A stretch of 64,000 nucleotides of DNA from Vermamoeba vermiformis (taxonomy: Eukaryota), in assembly GCA_045837725.1 (NCBI GenBank), contig JBEWZL010000216.1, positions 248,001-312,000 of the forward strand, read 5' to 3'. Below the pieces are notes generated by a model. The model did not search any database and had not been told where the DNA came from. It was given only the letters and a program-made list of their open reading frames with translations. Below are positions 60,503-64,000 of the stretch, one piece after another. Within the stretch, counting starts at the first letter, position 1. The number at the start of each line of letters is the position of its first letter. The position numbers and the translations under genes were made by a program.

Positions 60503-63500
60503 TTAGTGACCACCAGGTTGGTTCTGCGCAGGTTCGGGTTTGAGCTGATTAATTAAGTTAACTGCCGCTGTCTTCGTACCACGGCTCCACGGTCCGTTGT
60601 TAATGAGACCCAAGAGCTGGTTCTTCGAGTAGTCTATGTGATGGCTGTTCAACCACGGCACAATCTTGTCTTCCAATTCGTAGAAGGCCTTAATGTAGTT
60701 GTCGGCGAGGACGATATGTGATATTTGCCTGCATTGTATTAGTTACTCAATGTTCAAATATCACGTGACAAGTGACGTACTTGGTACCCAGAATTTTCTC
60801 CAATTGACCTTGCAACACTCGCAAATCAATTGACAACACCGCACGGCCTTCAGTGGTCCACTATTAAGCACGTGATGATTAGTTCAAGTTCTGGAACTAA
60901 CGTTTTTTTTGACGTACCTTTTTGACACGTGAAGCACCTTCAATCATGATCTCCATCACGTGCTTAGTCATCGCGTCAAAGATGACAGCCTTGGCTGCAT
61001 TAGAGGGGAAGGCAAGCTCTTTCTTAGACAACACGTTGTATCGCTTCTCGAACATGCTGAACTCTTTGACCATTTGTGCAATGTACGGGTTAGCGTCGAC
61101 GGGAATATCTTTCACGTCCCACTTGACGAGATTGATGTTGTTCAAGTGTGTCTCGACCTTGATGAAGTGATCGCACAGACCTTCGTAGCACAACAAGCGG
61201 AGCTCGGGAATCATGTTGACAGTCAGCTCGTAGAAGTCGTTGAACTTGACCCGATTGCTGTCAGTAATGTAGTGCTCCACGAATGGCTTGATCATGACCA
61301 TAATGTCGTAAATGAACTTCAAGCTCTCCATCGACACGACCATTTGAGGCAACGAGTATAACGTGGCCGATGCTTCCAAGTCAACGGGCTTGGCAAGTCT
61401 GACACGAGTGAATCTCATCTCGCTCACCTTGGCTGTAATATTTAAGTGGTTAGTTGACTGGTTTGTAAAGTTAATAATATTCACTACGTACTGGGTGGAG
61501 GTGGCGGGACATTAGGATCGAGGTCGAATGTATCGAGCACAACACGTGATTTCATTCGCAACAATGCACCGCGCAGCTTGGGGCTCATAACTGCACGCAC
61601 ATTAGTCATTTGTACAATTATCAGGCACTAGTGTTGGGTACTTACAAACACTGTTGACGAAGGTCTCGAGAGGTGGACTGAAGATGGAATAGACCGTGTA
61701 GACGTAGTACTCGAACAGCTGAGTAATTCCATCCCAGATCTCTTCGGAGATTGACGGCAGGACCTTGATCAAGTGCAAGTAGACACCGACTTCTCGTGCC
61801 AAGTTGTTCAACATGGTAGCTGTCAACAACGGACCTTGCTCATTGCCTAAACAGAGCTCAGCACCCATGCAATCACAAGGACATCGCACTTACTTCTATT
61901 GATGGCCTTGGTCGGTGAGAGGGTCAGACCTCCTTCTTCATCGACAAAGTCCACGAGCAGTTCTGGATCCTCATCGTCATCGAGGATCAGTTGCTTCTGT
62001 TGCTTGTTGATAATCTCACGCTTGATGAACTACACGGACACGCGTTAATCAATGCTGTCACATTTAGATTCATGAAAAATAAACTTACTTCCATATTTGG
62101 CGAATCAAAGTCGATGGTGCTGTTGCGGTGGCTGTTCACGTTCTCTTCACTGAACGGATTGCCGTAGGTCTCGTATTGCACGGCAAAGGCAATCTTGCGT
62201 TTCTTGGTCGGATTGTTGTTGTTGGTCTTGTTCTTGGCCGCATTGTACGTGTCTTCAAGGAAGCTCAACACTTCTTTCACGTCTTTGTACGTGAAGTTCG
62301 AGGGAAGCTGTGTCTTTTCCCACAATTCGTTCGTGAGGTGCTTGCCGAGCTCTTCCATGTGCTCCTTGTGGAAGGCCATAAAGTACGTCGTGCTTTGTTT
62401 CTTGAGCATGGTGCGCAAGCCGTGTGCAGAACTTTGACTGAATTCTTCACCGATCTCAATGAACTGCGTGGTCGCGTCCAAAACTTGCAAGAATCGATCG
62501 ATCTAATAGTGTTAACAAGTTATTAATAGCATGATATAAAGATCGATATAAGCTGTAAACTTACGGTGAGCGAATCAATTTTCGTGTTCTCAAACACGAT
62601 TTTGATTGTCGTTTGCATTTCTTCCCAGATTGACTTTGTGTTGTTCATCAAACCTTGCTTAATGTCCGTGAAGAATTTGCTCTTTTCTCCTTTACTATAG
62701 ACCACAAGGTAAGTACGAAGGCATATTGAAGGGTCGTATTAAACACTTACAGGTCGTATTGTTTGTGCCAAAAGAGCATAGAGTGATGAGTGTACATCAA
62801 ATCGCACATATTCTCAAATAACTTATATATACACGGCACGATTTGACTGTCTGTCAACTTTTTGCAAAGCTTCACGAACTTGTCCCTGAGGTTTGGATCT
62901 GGTTAGATCTGACACGAGGTGGTGCATCACAAGTGTATATATTACTTTACCTTTTCAAGCCTTCGATTGTCACTTTTGAATCTCGCAGTGATCGATGAGC
63001 AAAAACAGCGACTACATTACGAGAGGTGAGTTCAATGACTGCGGTGAAATTCTTTTGGATCTTCTCGAACACACGAATGTTCTTGCGCAACAAGTTGTAA
63101 CTATTGTGTATACGTTAGTAATACTCTTAAATGTGATAATATGAATGGTACGTACGCTACAAGTACTCGCTCGTATTCTTGCGGTTCGAACTTCTTCATG
63201 CAACAGTCCATTAAGGCGCTATCAATCTTCTGTACTAAATTGTCATATTCGTCCTAAGATATTGTCATTAGTATTAAGGTCCCACCTCGTACAATGATAC
63301 TAGCTTATATTACCTGAATGACTTTTCTCATGCCAGCCACGCACGTGAATTGAGCGTACATGTGCGCGGTACTCTGGGCATCGAGACACATTTGAATAGC
63401 GCGAGGGAAATCTCTGGACTCAATCGTCTTCTTCAATTCGTCCTTCTTTTGCAACAGATTCTTGATTTGTTCGACGTAGTTCAACACGTCCTGACCATTC

Positions 63501-64000
63501 AATTAGCACATGCATACAACGACACGACAAACGTTCACAGGACTATTAAACACTATTGCGATGTATACTACTCGGCCGTACTTACATTCACTTCACTTCG
63601 TCGTCGGTGCAAGCCAGAGATGGTCAGGCCACCAATGGCAAGTTCATTGTTTGCATTTTTGAGGTCGTATCTTGTGGACCGACAAGTCATCTTAGTATTA
63701 TTCAAATCCTGTTCTAATTCTTGAATTTTGCGCATAGCCTCCACTAATAATAATGAGATATTAATATAACGGACGAGGTCAATATACTATAATAAAAAAT
63801 ATTCGTGCCAAGTGCGATCCAACACGTAATGAAAACTCGCTAATGAAGCGTGTGTACTTACTGAATGAATCATAACTGTCCAATACTTTTTGTGATAACT
63901 TGTTTGTAAGAGCTTCTAATTGCCGTTCTCGTTCTGAAACAATTTTGGGGACCGCATTCAGATCTTCTCCGACTACTTGCCAAACGTAGCTCATCACGTC
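60503..64000 (-). CDS. VPS50: VPS50/syndetin (EARP complex subunit), 5' part beyond the window
   Basis: YFMAFHKEHMEEL...LTNELWE, ITQLFEYYVYTVYSIF, VKWDVKDI...NPYI, IEGASRVKK|WTTEGRAVLSID, NYIKAFY, DYSKNQLLGLI. Confidence 0.9.

Noticed and set aside
60922-62526. Long plus-strand ORFs opposite VPS50
   Set aside because: These are antisense open frames caused by codon bias of the conserved minus-strand gene.
1-64000. Prokaryotic operon, CRISPR array, rRNA or tRNA
   Set aside because: Genes are interrupted by GT-AG introns and encode eukaryote-specific proteins. I saw no regularly spaced repeat-spacer array and no recognisable structural RNA.

Overview
This is a gene-dense, intron-rich eukaryotic window with short AT-rich GT-AG introns, the standard genetic code and about 30 protein-coding genes. 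The gene content suggests a free-living amoeboid protist (inference). All gene models were spliced by hand and all domain calls are by eye, without database searches. Housekeeping genes include eIF2B-gamma, VPS50/syndetin, a class I sirtuin, an EEF1AKMT4-like methyltransferase, and DENN, OTU and RhoGEF/RhoGAP proteins. These are mixed with many ubiquitin-system adaptors: five N-terminal F-box genes and two LRR genes with a C-terminal F-box-like motif. Two candidates stand out as possibly undescribed systems. (1) At 50543-52572 an F-box is fused to a domain matching DUF4123, the bacterial T6SS effector chaperone, which could act as a host decoy that captures injected effectors for ubiquitination. 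(2) At 8262-10781 a MYRF/MrfA-like membrane-tethered factor combines a putative Ig-fold DNA-binding domain, a self-cleaving peptidase S74/ICA domain, a TM helix and a plant-type LRR ectodomain. Other notable items: a RAMA + GATA-finger protein, two intronic MITEs (one TA-flanked, one TTAA-flanked piggyBac-like), four copies of a 15-aa-repeat microprotein, three DUF2721-like paralogs, a bacterial-type dikinase, an intronless bacterial-like beta-helix gene bracketed by a 310-bp duplication, and several apparent pseudoenzymes. No rRNA, tRNA or CRISPR array was seen.
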